From Histomonas meleagridis 2922-C6/04-290x (taxonomy: Eukaryota; Protista; Parabasalia): a stretch of 64,000 bases of DNA. Position 1 is the first letter of the stretch, and each line of letters begins with the position of its first letter. A program made the translations under genes and the position numbers. The stretch covers positions 930,001 through 994,000 of the forward strand of contig JAANOX010000153.1 of assembly GCA_020184695.1 (NCBI GenBank), in the 5' to 3' direction. Under the pieces are notes generated by a model. The model saw nothing but the letters and a program-made list of their open reading frames with translations. It was not told the origin of the DNA and made no database searches. This document shows positions 44,582 through 55,889 of this stretch, piece after piece.

Positions 44582-45259
44582 CTCCAAATGTACGTTAAAG
44601 AATGTGAAGTCATTTTGGTGAATTTAAAGATGTTATTCAAGGATTTTGATCCTTGTCCATTGCCTAGATTTCTCGTTTCAAAATTTTGCTTTTTTCCCCT
44701 TATTTTTCTTTTCTCTTTTCTTCTCCCTGCTCCTTTTTTAATTTTTTCCCATTTTTTTTTAGTGATTTTTTCTTTTTAATTTATGTACATAAATTAATTA
44801 TAAAATTTAACCATAAATATATCTATATTTTTTTCATTCACATTTTCATGTGTAGATTATATTTTTAAATAAAACCGAGACCGAAATTTTCAGATTTTTG
44901 ATGAAAATTGCAGATTTCTTGATCATTTCTCTATATTATAATAATTCATTAACTTTTTTATCAACAACGATATAATGTGCATTTAATGTATATGTTTAAC
45001 TTGATTTTTCTTCAATATTTAATTTTTGAAAATTGTAATCAAGTTTCTTATACATAAATTTTCCAATAAAGCATGGCCATTTAATAGACCATCCGAAAAG
45101 AAACTTATCCATTTCAAAAAAGTTAATCAAAGCAACTCAGATAAAAAGTTATGTTGGATTTTATGAAGATTTAAATGATGTGATCGGTTTTACAAAAAAA
45201 GTGGGAATTGACTGCTTTCGGTTGTTTTCAATACTGAAAAATGACAATGCCATCTATGG

Positions 45260-45796
45260 ATGAAAACGATAAAATTGCTTTTTCTAGGTGATGGTTCCAT
45301 CGGAAAAACTTGTTTGATACATAGGTACATCTATGGAAATTTCCCTACAGATTATGTTCCATCACAGTTTGAAGGATACAAAGGAAAAATAAAAATCAAT
45401 AATTCCATATATTTTGTTACACCATGGGATTGCACATCTTATGCACCAGAAGGCATTCGGTTACTTTGTTATCCTCGTACAGATATTGTTATGCTATGTT
45501 TTTCAATTGTTAATAAATTATCTTTTGAAAACATTAGAACGATATGGTATCCTGAAATCAAAGCGAATTTGCAGGACCCTGAAATTCTTCTTATTGGAAC
45601 AAAATCAGATTTAAAAAAAACTATACCACCAGATCAATGCGTTCGCAAGGATGAAGCGATTAAAATGGCCAAAGAAATTAATGCGTTTGATTATGTTGAA
45701 TGTTCATCTTTATTAGGTAGTGGCGTGAATCGGACTTTTGAATTGGCATATATACATTATGTAAAACACTCACGAATATTATTTAGAAATAAATAA
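45260..45796 (+). CDS. Divergent Rho/Rac-family small GTPase
   Basis: GDGSIGKT, YVPS, GTKSD, YVECSS. Switch II is altered and there is no CAAX box. Confidence 0.85.
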   Translation: MKTIKLLFLGDGSIGKTCLIHRYIYGNFPTDYVPSQFEGYKGKIKINNSIYFVTPWDCTSYAPEGIRLLCYPRTDIVMLCFSIVNKLSFENIRTIWYPEIKANLQDPEILLIGTKSDLKKTIPPDQCVRKDEAIKMAKEINAFDYVECSSLLGSGVNRTFELAYIHYVKHSRILFRNK

Positions 45797-46151
45797 ATGT
45801 AAAAATATTTCAAACTTCTTATCAGTAAAATTTTTTACTGGTGCAATAGAATATTTTCAAAGATAATGTTTTTAATATTTCTTTTTATATTTGTTGTATA
45901 AAAAAATTTAATCTCTAAAAATATCGAAGGAGTTATATAAAGAAATTTCGTAAAATAATTCTCAATTCACTTCGAATGAAATTAACTTTATTCAATAATC
46001 TTTTATTAAGATAAATTTCATATAACATTATACGAAGTTATTACTCTTTGATTCCAAATCATTTATATTTAAAGAATTTGATAAAGTACAAAACATATTT
46101 CAATTTTTTTTATTTATTAAAAGAAAAATAAAAGTAAAGAACATATTTTAT

Positions 46152-48974
46152 TTATATTTGTCTATTATAGCATATCGAAATCAAAAGTTTTTGTTGTTCT
46201 GTCAGATTCTGAATATAATTTTCGAATAATTTATCGTCCAAAACCTTTTTACATTCCACATAACACATTACAACGAATTGTCTAATTTCAGGGGATTCGT
46301 TTCCAATCAATTCATTTAAGATTGGATACAAATCGTCGATAAATTTCTGTAAATCAATTTCATTTATTAAAGGTATTAACTTATAAAGAAACTTTAATGT
46401 ATCAATTGCATCAATTTTAAAATGATTTTTAATTAACGAAAACAAAAATTTTAAATCATTTTTGTTATTGATTAAATTTGGAATTATTATGTTAAAAATC
46501 GATTCTTTCTTTATAATTAAAGAAAAACAATTTTCGAAACCGAAAATTCCGAATTTATCATAAATTATTTTTAATATATTTCCGATGTTTTTATCAAAAT
46601 TATTATTCTTTATTAAAACGAAATTATTTAACTCTTTAAAAATGTTAATTTTTATGTTTTCATATTCATTTATATTAATACTTAAAATTATTTCTTTAAT
46701 TTTCTCAAAGAAATTTTTATCTTGAAAATTCGGAATTTTAATTTTTTTAGTTTTATTTGATAAAATTGTTTTAATTTTATCTTTTTCGGAATTTTCTAAT
46801 TTATCAATTGTATTTAAAAACAATTCTTTGTTATTGATATACAAAGTTTTTATTATTAAATTTATTTTTTGATTATTAAATTTAAAACATTTCATAATAA
46901 TTTCCAAAAAGTTTAAATAAATGTTTTCGTTAATTTCGAATTTCTTCTCATAAATTATTATATAAATTAAATGTAATATCGCTTGTGAAGGTTTTTGCGT
47001 TAAAATTATTTTTATTAAATCGGAAATTTCATATAAATCCGAAATTTCTTCAATGATTTTTAATGAAATTTCATAATTTGTTTCATTATTTGATACAATT
47101 GACAGCAAAGAAATAACTTTGGGAAGAATTGGATTGAAAAAATTGTAATTTTTGTTGAGAAATGTTAAAAGTATTGTTAACGCATAATGTGAAATTGTTT
47201 CTTCTTGTCGAAGACATAAATTTAATATTTTTGATGCCGATTTTGGATCAAATGAATTATTCTCTTTGATGGAATCAAGAAAAAGAATTTCGGGCGCTTT
47301 GGCTTCGCTTTCATTTGTTTGATCTTTTTTATTATTTATTTCTCTTCTTTGCTTTTGGATATTATGAATTTCATTGTTTGATTTTGTTTTAGAATTTATT
47401 TCTTTAGTTAAATTCTTTTGATGAATTTCTTCATTTGATTTCGTTTTGTGATTTAATTCTTTGTTTTGATTTTTATTAATTTCTTTACTTAATTTTGTTC
47501 TATAATTCGATTCTTTACTTAAATTCTTTTGATAAGTTTCCTCATTAAATTTTTTTTTATGATTTATTTCTTTACTTTGATTGTTGTTAGTTTTTGGTTT
47601 CATTTTAATATCTTCGTTTATTTTATTAATGTTCTGCTCTTTTTTAATTTTCGTTTTATTGTTTGTTTCTATATTTATATTCCTTTTATTTATTTTCGTA
47701 TTATAATTTAATTCTTTACTTTGAATATTATTTTGTTCTTTTATTCCCATTTTATTACTTAAATTTTTGTTGATTATTCTTTCGCTTATATTATTATTTT
47801 GCTCCTTGTTTACTTTCATTTTATTATTTGATTCTTTATTTTCATTAAATTTCTGATTTAACTTTTTGTTTGTATTTAATGAATTTATTTCTTTATTTTG
47901 TATATTTTGATTTGTTTCTTTTGTCTCATTCATTTTATTCTTTTGATTGATTCTTTTATTTGTTTCTTTGTTTAAACATTTGTTCCTAATTGTAATTGGC
48001 GAATTCGGAATTTCTCTCGTTTCTATTTCACTTGTTGAAACAACAGAACGTTCAGCCATTCTTTCTGCACTATACTGTCTTTCAATTTTCAGTTTCCGAT
48101 GTTTCATTAAATTAGAAGTTGCTCTTGGTTTTATGATGTTTGATTTGTTTTTTAAAACCATTTTTTCAATACCAGCTGACGGTTTTCTATCGGAATAAAC
48201 GGCTTCTATCGAATTTCTTGTTCTTTGATCAACTTTGGAGAGAATTCCTTCTGCTTTTTGAGGAGAAGAATCCATAAGTGCTCGAACAGCTTGTCGTGCA
48301 AATGACCTTGCAACTACAGATGCATCTGACAATAGTTGTAAAATACATGATTCGATCATAGACCAATGTGGTTCTAATATTTGAAAACTCCAATGTTCAA
48401 ATATTAATAACATACACTCTGCTGCCGTTTCTTTATTGGCATTGCCTTTCTTTTTGGCGAGTTCAAGAATTCCATATAGTATTTGTTTGGTGTGACAATT
48501 TTTTACAATGGAAATAATACAAAATTGACTGCTTTCGGATATTACTTGAGTTCCATGTGATAATCTAGTTGAGAGTGGTGGTAAATAATCACCTATTTGT
48601 GAAAAACGAGGTCCAAGCTCCCGAGCAAGTTGTGAAACAAGAAGACAAGCTTGCTTCATTAAAGTACTTCTTAAGTTGGTTATAGCTGTAGATAATCCTG
48701 AATAAAGTTTAATTAAATTATGAACAAAATCGTCATTTTCACATGCACCAGAATTTATATAACCCATAACATTTTTTATAGCAGCAACTCTAGTATCCCA
48801 TTCAGAATTTTCAGATATTTCTTTTTCCAATTTTTCAAATTCTTGATTTAAATCCAAAGGAAGATTTTTTGCCTCAACATCATAACCTGCATTTTCGAAT
48901 GCCAAACGATTTTCTTCTGTTATATCTGCGATAGTTGTTTGCTTTGCCTTGTGTGCACAAAAAGAACTCGACAT
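46152..48974 (-). CDS. CLASP: CLASP-family microtubule regulator (TOG/CLASP_N domain)
   Basis: EWDTRVAAIK...NLRSTLMKQAC...ARSFARQA N-terminal TOG, N/K-rich linker, and C-terminal SPEIRQFVVMCYV. Confidence 0.8.
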   Translation of the reverse strand: MSSSFCAHKAKQTTIADITEENRLAFENAGYDVEAKNLPLDLNQEFEKLEKEISENSEWDTRVAAIKNVMGYINSGACENDDFVHNLIKLYSGLSTAITNLRSTLMKQACLLVSQLARELGPRFSQIGDYLPPLSTRLSHGTQVISESSQFCIISIVKNCHTKQILYGILELAKKKGNANKETAAECMLLIFEHWSFQILEPHWSMIESCILQLLSDASVVARSFARQAVRALMDSSPQKAEGILSKVDQRTRNSIEAVYSDRKPSAGIEKMVLKNKSNIIKPRATSNLMKHRKLKIERQYSAERMAERSVVSTSEIETREIPNSPITIRNKCLNKETNKRINQKNKMNETKETNQNIQNKEINSLNTNKKLNQKFNENKESNNKMKVNKEQNNNISERIINKNLSNKMGIKEQNNIQSKELNYNTKINKRNINIETNNKTKIKKEQNINKINEDIKMKPKTNNNQSKEINHKKKFNEETYQKNLSKESNYRTKLSKEINKNQNKELNHKTKSNEEIHQKNLTKEINSKTKSNNEIHNIQKQRREINNKKDQTNESEAKAPEILFLDSIKENNSFDPKSASKILNLCLRQEETISHYALTILLTFLNKNYNFFNPILPKVISLLSIVSNNETNYEISLKIIEEISDLYEISDLIKIILTQKPSQAILHLIYIIIYEKKFEINENIYLNFLEIIMKCFKFNNQKINLIIKTLYINNKELFLNTIDKLENSEKDKIKTILSNKTKKIKIPNFQDKNFFEKIKEIILSININEYENIKINIFKELNNFVLIKNNNFDKNIGNILKIIYDKFGIFGFENCFSLIIKKESIFNIIIPNLINNKNDLKFLFSLIKNHFKIDAIDTLKFLYKLIPLINEIDLQKFIDDLYPILNELIGNESPEIRQFVVMCYVECKKVLDDKLFENYIQNLTEQQKLLISICYNRQI

Positions 48975-49142
48975 TCATTAAATTAACGATTTTTATATGA
49001 CGATAGTGTATTCAATTATTTACTTCAAAAGTGCATCTTCTATGAACCAAAAATCCAAATTGGAGAAAATTATAACCGAAATAAAAGAACACAACACCCA
49101 ATTACTTTCTCAATCAGTGATGAATATATTTGATTTACCATA

Positions 49143-49372
49143 TTAGTTTAATTTTCTTACTTCTAGATATGTCCAACAAGATGGCATTGCACGTTGCCGT
49201 ATCCATTTTCTCAAAGATATCTTTTGTTGGTCGCGGGCAAATAGTGGAAAATGTGGTTCATTATAGATTTCAATCATAGAATGAGATATGTTTCATCCTC
49301 ATCTATTTCAAGCTTTGCAACTCGTATGTTTTTGTGCATTAGAAAATAAGTTTTTTGTACCTCCTTAGACAT
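49143..49372 (-). pseudogene. Frameshifted remnant resembling the N-terminus of Firmicute HipA-like proteins
   Basis: MSKEVQKTYFLMHKNIRVAKLEIDEDE / frameshift / IEIYNEPHFPLF...LRKWIRQRAMPS. Family assignment is from pattern recall only. Confidence 0.4.
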
Positions 49373-49770
49373 CAATGTCGGCAAATTACAGTCAACTCAA
49401 TTCACAGGTTGGGTAACGTTCTTTTGGATTCAGCCTTTTGAGAATGTTTGTTGACAGGCGTTTTTTCTGTGAATATAGAATGACATAGATGAAAATTCAT
49501 GAAAATTCTTAGGCGCCCCGATTATAAAGGGTGCCTCAAAGCTGGTTTGAGAAATTTGAAACTTACTAAATCAACGCGATATAAAAAATCAAATCTACAT
49601 AAATAATTATCATTTCATCATAAAAATATTAAATTCGGGGAAATCAATTTTTACTCAAAGAATGCTTTACAGTGTCAACAAATATTTCAAAACAATATAA
49701 TTCAGAAAAAAGATTACAGTTACCAAAATAAAAAACATTAATTATTTTATTTATAAAATAAATATACAAA

Positions 49771-52137
49771 TTAATTGGCACCGTTATACGCAGCTTCTTC
49801 CGTTTGTATAATTTTGAGCAGCATATCCTCCAATTGCTCTACGCTAAAGCTATACGATATGACTCCCAAATCTTCTTTTCTTTGTTCGAACTCCATAATG
49901 AACTGCGGTATATTATCTGCCATTCCCAAATGTATAGTATCATTTCTTTCATCAGCCAATTTTGCGTTTTCCTGATATTTCTTTGCTAATTCCAACACGT
50001 TTTCGATATTACCTTCTACTCTTAACACGTATCCGCAATTAAATTGATTTCTTAATTCAGTTGCAGTTCCAGCAAAAGATAATTGTCCTCCATACACAAC
50101 AAATAATCTCGAGCTTACAGCTTCAGCCTCTTCTAATGCATGACTTGTAATGATCAAAGTCGAATCCTTTAAAGAAGAAATTGTTTTCCATATTAATTGT
50201 CGTGATTGAATATCAACGCCTGCAGTGGGTTCATCCATAATAATAATCGGAGGATTACCTAATAATGATATTGAGATACAAAGTTTCCGCTTTTGGCCAC
50301 CGGATAAATCGCCTGCTCTGTTGTCGATCATTTCGGTCAATTGTAACGTATTGGTAAAGAAATACATAGTTTCATTAATCGATTCTGGTGATAACCCTCT
50401 AAATGTACCAAATAATTCGAAATGTTCACGGATATTTAAATATGGAATGATGACATTATCTTGGAAACAAACGCCTAAATATTTTTGGATGTCTTGAAAT
50501 CGTTTCGTGGGCTCTTCGCCAAATAAACTAATTGTTCCTTCGGAAGGGATTAATGCACCTGATAATGTGTTTAATAACGTTGACTTACCTGCGCCATTTG
50601 GCCCAATGATTACAATGACTTCGCGCATCTTAATCGAAAACGAGACATCTGTAAGTGCTGTGATGACTCGATCTCCATGATAAGTCTTTGATAAATGTTG
50701 GACATTAATAATTTCTTCATTAGAGTTCAAATTCTCGAAATTAATGTCACGTTTCGAAAATAATCGTTTCCAAGCTTTTGATGAAAATAACTCAGTAAAT
50801 GTCATTAAAGGAGTACCGAAGTTACGTGAATTAATCAAATTACATAATAAAAATAATAAGAAATATACAACAGCATCAATCGGCATCCATAAGAAGCCAT
50901 ACCAAATCGGATATGCAATATCATTGCGTGTTATATCATCCCATGTTAAAGGATTCGAATTCTTAGCTTCGCGATATATTGTAACCATTTCCATGATATA
51001 TGAAGAGATTGGAAATATCGAAAAAACATGTTTCACAGCATCACTACTATTCGTATCTTGTAACGTATAAAACTGATGAAGATACGTGAAGAAAATGGCC
51101 ATAAACAACAAAATGACAGTTAACATTCTTCCAGCTTTACCTGTCTTTAAGAATGTTGTCACAAACATCTCAAAACACACATGCGATATCACAAATAACA
51201 ATGATATTACTAATATTAATGTAAATGATGTCCCTTCCATTAAAAACCAATAAGACATAGACAAACAAAAGAATATATATGGAATTATAGAGAGAACTAT
51301 TTGCGTTATAAACTCGACAAGCCAATAAGCGACTTCACTACAGCCCATTAAGAATGCCAACGTTTGTATTTTGCTGTCTTTTTCTTCAAGGATAATTTGA
51401 AGATCGGGAAGACCAATTATAATGACAGGCATAACACAGAACATTCCAACTAAAATATCAATGTCAGAGAGAACCTCCGTGGCAGGACGAGCATATGTCA
51501 TTGAACTAAAGTTGAAAAGTGTATATTCAAAATCATATTGCATGTAACTGATCACTCGAAACATAAGGATTTGGAGATCACCGCCTGGACTTCCTGATGG
51601 AACTTGGTAATATGAATCAATTTTAGGTGATGTTAACGCATCGGATTGATTTGCATTTGACCAATATATTCCAAGACCACTATCTTCTTTGGAATAAATT
51701 GTATTAATGATTTCAGTGGGTGTGCTGACAAAACGTACATCTAAAGAAAAGTTAAGGGAAATATTAAGGGACGGAAGATATGACAAAATAAGATCAATAT
51801 ATTGTTGAATTTGTCGTGTGTTATCACAATCAGGTGCATAAACAAGTGTTACATTCGGAGATGCAAACATTACACCTAATGAAAGAGGAATGAGACTTGA
51901 ATAATTTATCGGTGGATCTTCAATAGCATCGTAATCCCATCGAGCGAAAAGATAAACAGGATAAAGAACAAGCCATAATATTAAGCCAATTATAAATTCA
52001 ATGATGAATGCTATTCTTCTGATTTTTATGAGATGAAGTCGCTTAAATAAAACTCTGACGGTACGAGAAAATGAAGGACTATTGGAACGTTTTGCGAGAA
52101 GTCCTTCTCTTGATGAACAAGAAGACATTGTCTCCAT
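49771..52137 (-). CDS. ABC transporter, ABCA subfamily, half-size (TMD + NBD)
   Basis: GPNGAGKST, LSGGQKRKL, IIMDEPTAGVD, TSHALEEAE. First ATG at 52137. Confidence 0.93.
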   Translation of the reverse strand: METMSSCSSREGLLAKRSNSPSFSRTVRVLFKRLHLIKIRRIAFIIEFIIGLILWLVLYPVYLFARWDYDAIEDPPINYSSLIPLSLGVMFASPNVTLVYAPDCDNTRQIQQYIDLILSYLPSLNISLNFSLDVRFVSTPTEIINTIYSKEDSGLGIYWSNANQSDALTSPKIDSYYQVPSGSPGGDLQILMFRVISYMQYDFEYTLFNFSSMTYARPATEVLSDIDILVGMFCVMPVIIIGLPDLQIILEEKDSKIQTLAFLMGCSEVAYWLVEFITQIVLSIIPYIFFCLSMSYWFLMEGTSFTLILVISLLFVISHVCFEMFVTTFLKTGKAGRMLTVILLFMAIFFTYLHQFYTLQDTNSSDAVKHVFSIFPISSYIMEMVTIYREAKNSNPLTWDDITRNDIAYPIWYGFLWMPIDAVVYFLLFLLCNLINSRNFGTPLMTFTELFSSKAWKRLFSKRDINFENLNSNEEIINVQHLSKTYHGDRVITALTDVSFSIKMREVIVIIGPNGAGKSTLLNTLSGALIPSEGTISLFGEEPTKRFQDIQKYLGVCFQDNVIIPYLNIREHFELFGTFRGLSPESINETMYFFTNTLQLTEMIDNRAGDLSGGQKRKLCISISLLGNPPIIIMDEPTAGVDIQSRQLIWKTISSLKDSTLIITSHALEEAEAVSSRLFVVYGGQLSFAGTATELRNQFNCGYVLRVEGNIENVLELAKKYQENAKLADERNDTIHLGMADNIPQFIMEFEQRKEDLGVISYSFSVEQLEDMLLKIIQTEEAAYNGAN

Positions 52138-53090
52138 TATAAATCGAAACCTGGTGGTTATATTTCGATAAATAAACTTTTGAATTAATAACACCGATAA
52201 AATGCCGTGCAAATAAAAAACAGAAACAAGCAATAACAATAAAATGATTTTCAGATGGTTTTTGAGCTGCTTTTATATGTTGATAATGCGTTCTTGAATT
52301 ACTAAAGAAAATATGAAGATGTTCTAAAAATTAAATATATTTGTAAAAATCAAGAAATTTTAAATTTGTCTCAATATGAATAATAGCCACTATGAATAGT
52401 AATCACACCTTAATCACGGTAAGGTAAAATAATACATGAAACTCATTATTCTTAAAATGTAAATATTTTTTGATATAATTTATTTGATATCTCTAAAAAG
52501 TGCTTTCACTTCATTATAAAGAAGAAATAATTAATGCTGTTTATTTGAGATTTGGTGTTAAAATACGTAATGTGATGATTATTTAAAACAAGAAGATTAT
52601 TGTGTTAATTCTTATAGGATTTTGGCTGAGAGAACTCATAATATCTGCCAGTGAATTGTTGAGTCTTAAACTTAATCCTAATTTTATTATAGGAAAAAAA
52701 ATATCAAATTATTATATTTGAATACCATTTTCAGAAAATTTGTGTGAAATTTTCTTTGTCTTACATCATCTGATCAGGCCATACTTCGATTCATATATTT
52801 CTATGAGCTCTCATAAATCCGGATGTTTCAATTGAAAAACTTTCAGAACTCCCCACCGAATTCATCGTAATTTACTTTTTGAATTAAACCATCTTTTTTA
52901 TTGTCAAAATGAACATTTTTTGAGAGTCGTTTGGCCAGTGGTTTTTACGATCATTCAATTAGATAAAAATGAGTTTTACATTTTCAGATTTTTTTTCATA
53001 TAACACTTCATATTACTCATTACAAATTAAAATTCATTTTCAAGACTTCCTCTAAAAACTATTTTTAATATATTTTATTCATATATCCTT

Positions 53091-53210
53091 ATGTCACATT
53101 GCAAAAAAGTTATTTGTAATGTTGGAAACCGCCCCGTTCAAAGAATCCAGTAATTGTGTAGGACTGCATTCAATTTTCAGAGGACGAGTCTCGTTTTGAA
53201 TATGGGTTGA
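53091..53210 (+). promoter_or_regulatory. Candidate uORF cluster upstream of AdoMetDC
   Basis: 53091-53153 MSHCKKVICNVGNRPVQRIQ*, overlapping 53119-53199 MLETAPFKESSNCVGLHSIFRGRVSF*, then 53202-53210 MG*. Confidence 0.35.
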
Positions 53211-53273
53211 TTACAATCATTTTTGCCATAATTCATAAAAAAAACCGTTGCGCAGATTGAAATAATTTTAGGA

Positions 53274-54311
53274 ATGAACATCCCGAATGAGCTTCCCTCC
53301 GAGGAGGTTGGATTTGAAGGCCCCGAGAAAAACTTCCAAGTGATCTTTGGGCATCAAGATTCAGCTTCCTTACGTAGCGTCTCGCAAAGTCGCTGGCAAT
53401 TAATGCTTGATCACGCGAAGTGTAAAATATTAAGTTCTATTAAGAATCATTACTGCACCGCTTATATCTTAAGCGAATCCAGCCTCTTCGTGTACGATGA
53501 TCGCGTAATCTTGAAGACGTGCGGCCAAACACCGCTTCTCCTTTCGGTCGACGACATTTTAAGTATTGGTTCTGATTATGGTTTAAAGCCCGCAGCAGTC
53601 CTTTATTGGCGCAAAAACTTTACTAATCCCCAACTTCAGTTGTCGATACACCGCTCCTTCTCGACGGAGGTCGAGTTCCTAGAAGCTCATTTCGGGGTTC
53701 ATGGAAATACGGCTCAAGTTGGATCTTTGGAAAATGATCATTGGTATTTCTTCTATGCTGAACTTCTTGATAAAAAACTGTTCAAGCCAGTTTTCCCAAC
53801 ATTTGAGATTAAGATGCATGAAGTTCACACAGAAGTCACCAAACAATTTTTCTGGAATAATTCTAAGAACCCTGAAATCATTGAGAAGATCCATTCGATT
53901 ATCCCAGGTTCTCTTATTGATGAGTTCTTTTTCGATCCATGTGGTTATTCAATGAATGGATTAATCGGAGTGGATTACCAAACAATTCATATCACTCCAG
54001 AAGATTTCTGTTCCTACGTTTCTTTCGAAACTACTAATGAAATCTATAGGGAAACAAGAATTAAGGAATTCCGTGTATTGGAACTTTTCCGACCTGACTC
54101 TTGGACTGCTGTTGAAATCTCGCAAAAGCATTCTCCTGATGGACTGCCAGATATCCCATCTTATGGTGTAAAGGAATCATCGTTTATAACCCTTGGTGAT
54201 TCGCTTACAATTTCCTTCTACTCATATGAAACAACTGAGAGCCATCCTCTCTCTCAGGTTGGAAAGAAGAGGCGTGAAGGCATTGCAAATGGCATTCGCC
54301 AAAGTCAATGA
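53274..54311 (+). CDS. SPE2: S-adenosylmethionine decarboxylase proenzyme (eukaryotic type)
   Basis: GFEGPEK, YILSE|SSLFV autocleavage site, LKTCG, PCGYSMN, TIHITPE..SYVSFET. Confidence 0.96.
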   Translation: MNIPNELPSEEVGFEGPEKNFQVIFGHQDSASLRSVSQSRWQLMLDHAKCKILSSIKNHYCTAYILSESSLFVYDDRVILKTCGQTPLLLSVDDILSIGSDYGLKPAAVLYWRKNFTNPQLQLSIHRSFSTEVEFLEAHFGVHGNTAQVGSLENDHWYFFYAELLDKKLFKPVFPTFEIKMHEVHTEVTKQFFWNNSKNPEIIEKIHSIIPGSLIDEFFFDPCGYSMNGLIGVDYQTIHITPEDFCSYVSFETTNEIYRETRIKEFRVLELFRPDSWTAVEISQKHSPDGLPDIPSYGVKESSFITLGDSLTISFYSYETTESHPLSQVGKKRREGIANGIRQSQ

Positions 54312-54554
54312 AACTAAAAGTTTCAACCAAAAAAAATTTTTTTTCTGACAAATTTTGGAATTTTTGTAATGTATTTACTTTTTGATAAGGAATTTCGGTT
54401 CCATAAAGCTTTTTGAATAGTTTATGAAACATTCCATCTGAAATAAATTTTACAAATTCAATAAAATTTTGGATTTAAAACGTGAATTTAAGATGGCATA
54501 AAAGATAAATCTTCTTTGAAGTTTATCAAGAAAAGATTAAATCAAAGTATGATT

Positions 54555-55415
54555 TTACTCTTCAAATTTCTTTCGGAAAAATTCGGGAAGAACAAATGAT
54601 GCTTCATGGATAGCTTTGCTATAATACTTCATTGTTGAAGCCTCCTCAGGAGTCATCTCACGAAGTGGTGTCTTACATGATCCAGCAGTAGATGCAACCA
54701 TGCATCCAATTGATCCACCTGGATATGTAGGAATTTGGATGACAGAATATTCAACATATGGAAATCCGACGGATTTCATTATGTCACGAAGGCGGAGGAT
54801 GATGTTCATATCAAGCCACATTGATTCACCTTGTGAACAAATGATACCACCTGGGCGTAAAGCTTTAAGAACACCTTTGTAGTAATTTTCGTTGAAAAGG
54901 CTTTCTGCTGGTCCTATTGGATCGCTTGAATCGGTGATGATGATATCATAATAATTTGGCTTACTAGCAATATAAGCAGCGCCATCTTGGAACATAACAT
55001 GAAGGCGTGGGTCTTTAGATGCTTCTTCTGTTAAATGTGGAAGATACTTTTTAGAAAGTTCAGTAACCTTCTCATCAATGTCACAAAGATCAACAAGCTC
55101 AACACACTTGTGCTTGAGAACTTCACGTGCGACACCAAGATCACCACCACCGATGATAAGAACACGTTTTGGATTTGGATGACAATACAAAACGATATGA
55201 CTCATCATCTCATGATATGCGAACTCATCAAGTTCAGTTGTTTGAATGACTCCATCTAAAGCCATTGTAAGTCCTGTTTTTTTCGCTTTGAATACAATTA
55301 CATCTTGATATTTTGATTTCTGATGATCTATAACATTATCAACTTCATATGATTGAACAAGGCCTGGCCATCCTTCACTTTGCTCACTGAACCAACCTTT
55401 CTTGAAGAGGTCCAT
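54555..55415 (-). CDS. SPE3: Spermidine synthase
   Basis: GWFSE...WPG, LDGVIQTTELDEFAYHEMM, VLIIGGGDLG, DIIITDSSDPIGPA, TYPGGSIG. ATG 55415 has TCATTT (Inr-like) just upstream. Confidence 0.96.
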   Translation of the reverse strand: MDLFKKGWFSEQSEGWPGLVQSYEVDNVIDHQKSKYQDVIVFKAKKTGLTMALDGVIQTTELDEFAYHEMMSHIVLYCHPNPKRVLIIGGGDLGVAREVLKHKCVELVDLCDIDEKVTELSKKYLPHLTEEASKDPRLHVMFQDGAAYIASKPNYYDIIITDSSDPIGPAESLFNENYYKGVLKALRPGGIICSQGESMWLDMNIILRLRDIMKSVGFPYVEYSVIQIPTYPGGSIGCMVASTAGSCKTPLREMTPEEASTMKYYSKAIHEASFVLPEFFRKKFEE

Positions 55416-55697
55416 TTCTAAAAATGAAGCTTCATTGAATTTTTTGACTTCACCTGTTTTTTGCCTCTCAAATAAAAGATAATTCAATGCCCTTTTGCCT
55501 CAAGACCAGCCACACATTATAATAACCGTTTTGAGCAAATGAAAATATCTTAAAATATTCACCATATTAAGTTTTATAAATTTATTTATGATCTGTCTGT
55601 TTGATTTTTATTATTTTCTTTAATTTTTATAATATTAAATGTCTTAATTAACTAGAAATTTATTGTGTAAAAATGACAACGATAAAATTCAGTTTTG

Positions 55698-55889
55698 AAT
55701 ATTTTCTGTAGATTTTGATCGGAAAAGTTTATGAACAATGATCGGCGAACGTTCGCAGGCACATTTTTAATACGTTACACAGGATTTCAATTGATGTTTG
55801 GTCGTTGGGTAAATGTTCAGAATTATCCTATATTTGATTTCAATTGATGTTTGGTCGTTGGGTAAATGTTCAGAATTATCCTATATTTG
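55698..55889 (+). pseudogene. Protein-kinase fragment containing a 53-bp tandem duplication
   Basis: Reads ...TFAGT...ISIDVWSLG. Segments 55784-55836 and 55837-55889 are identical. Confidence 0.55.
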
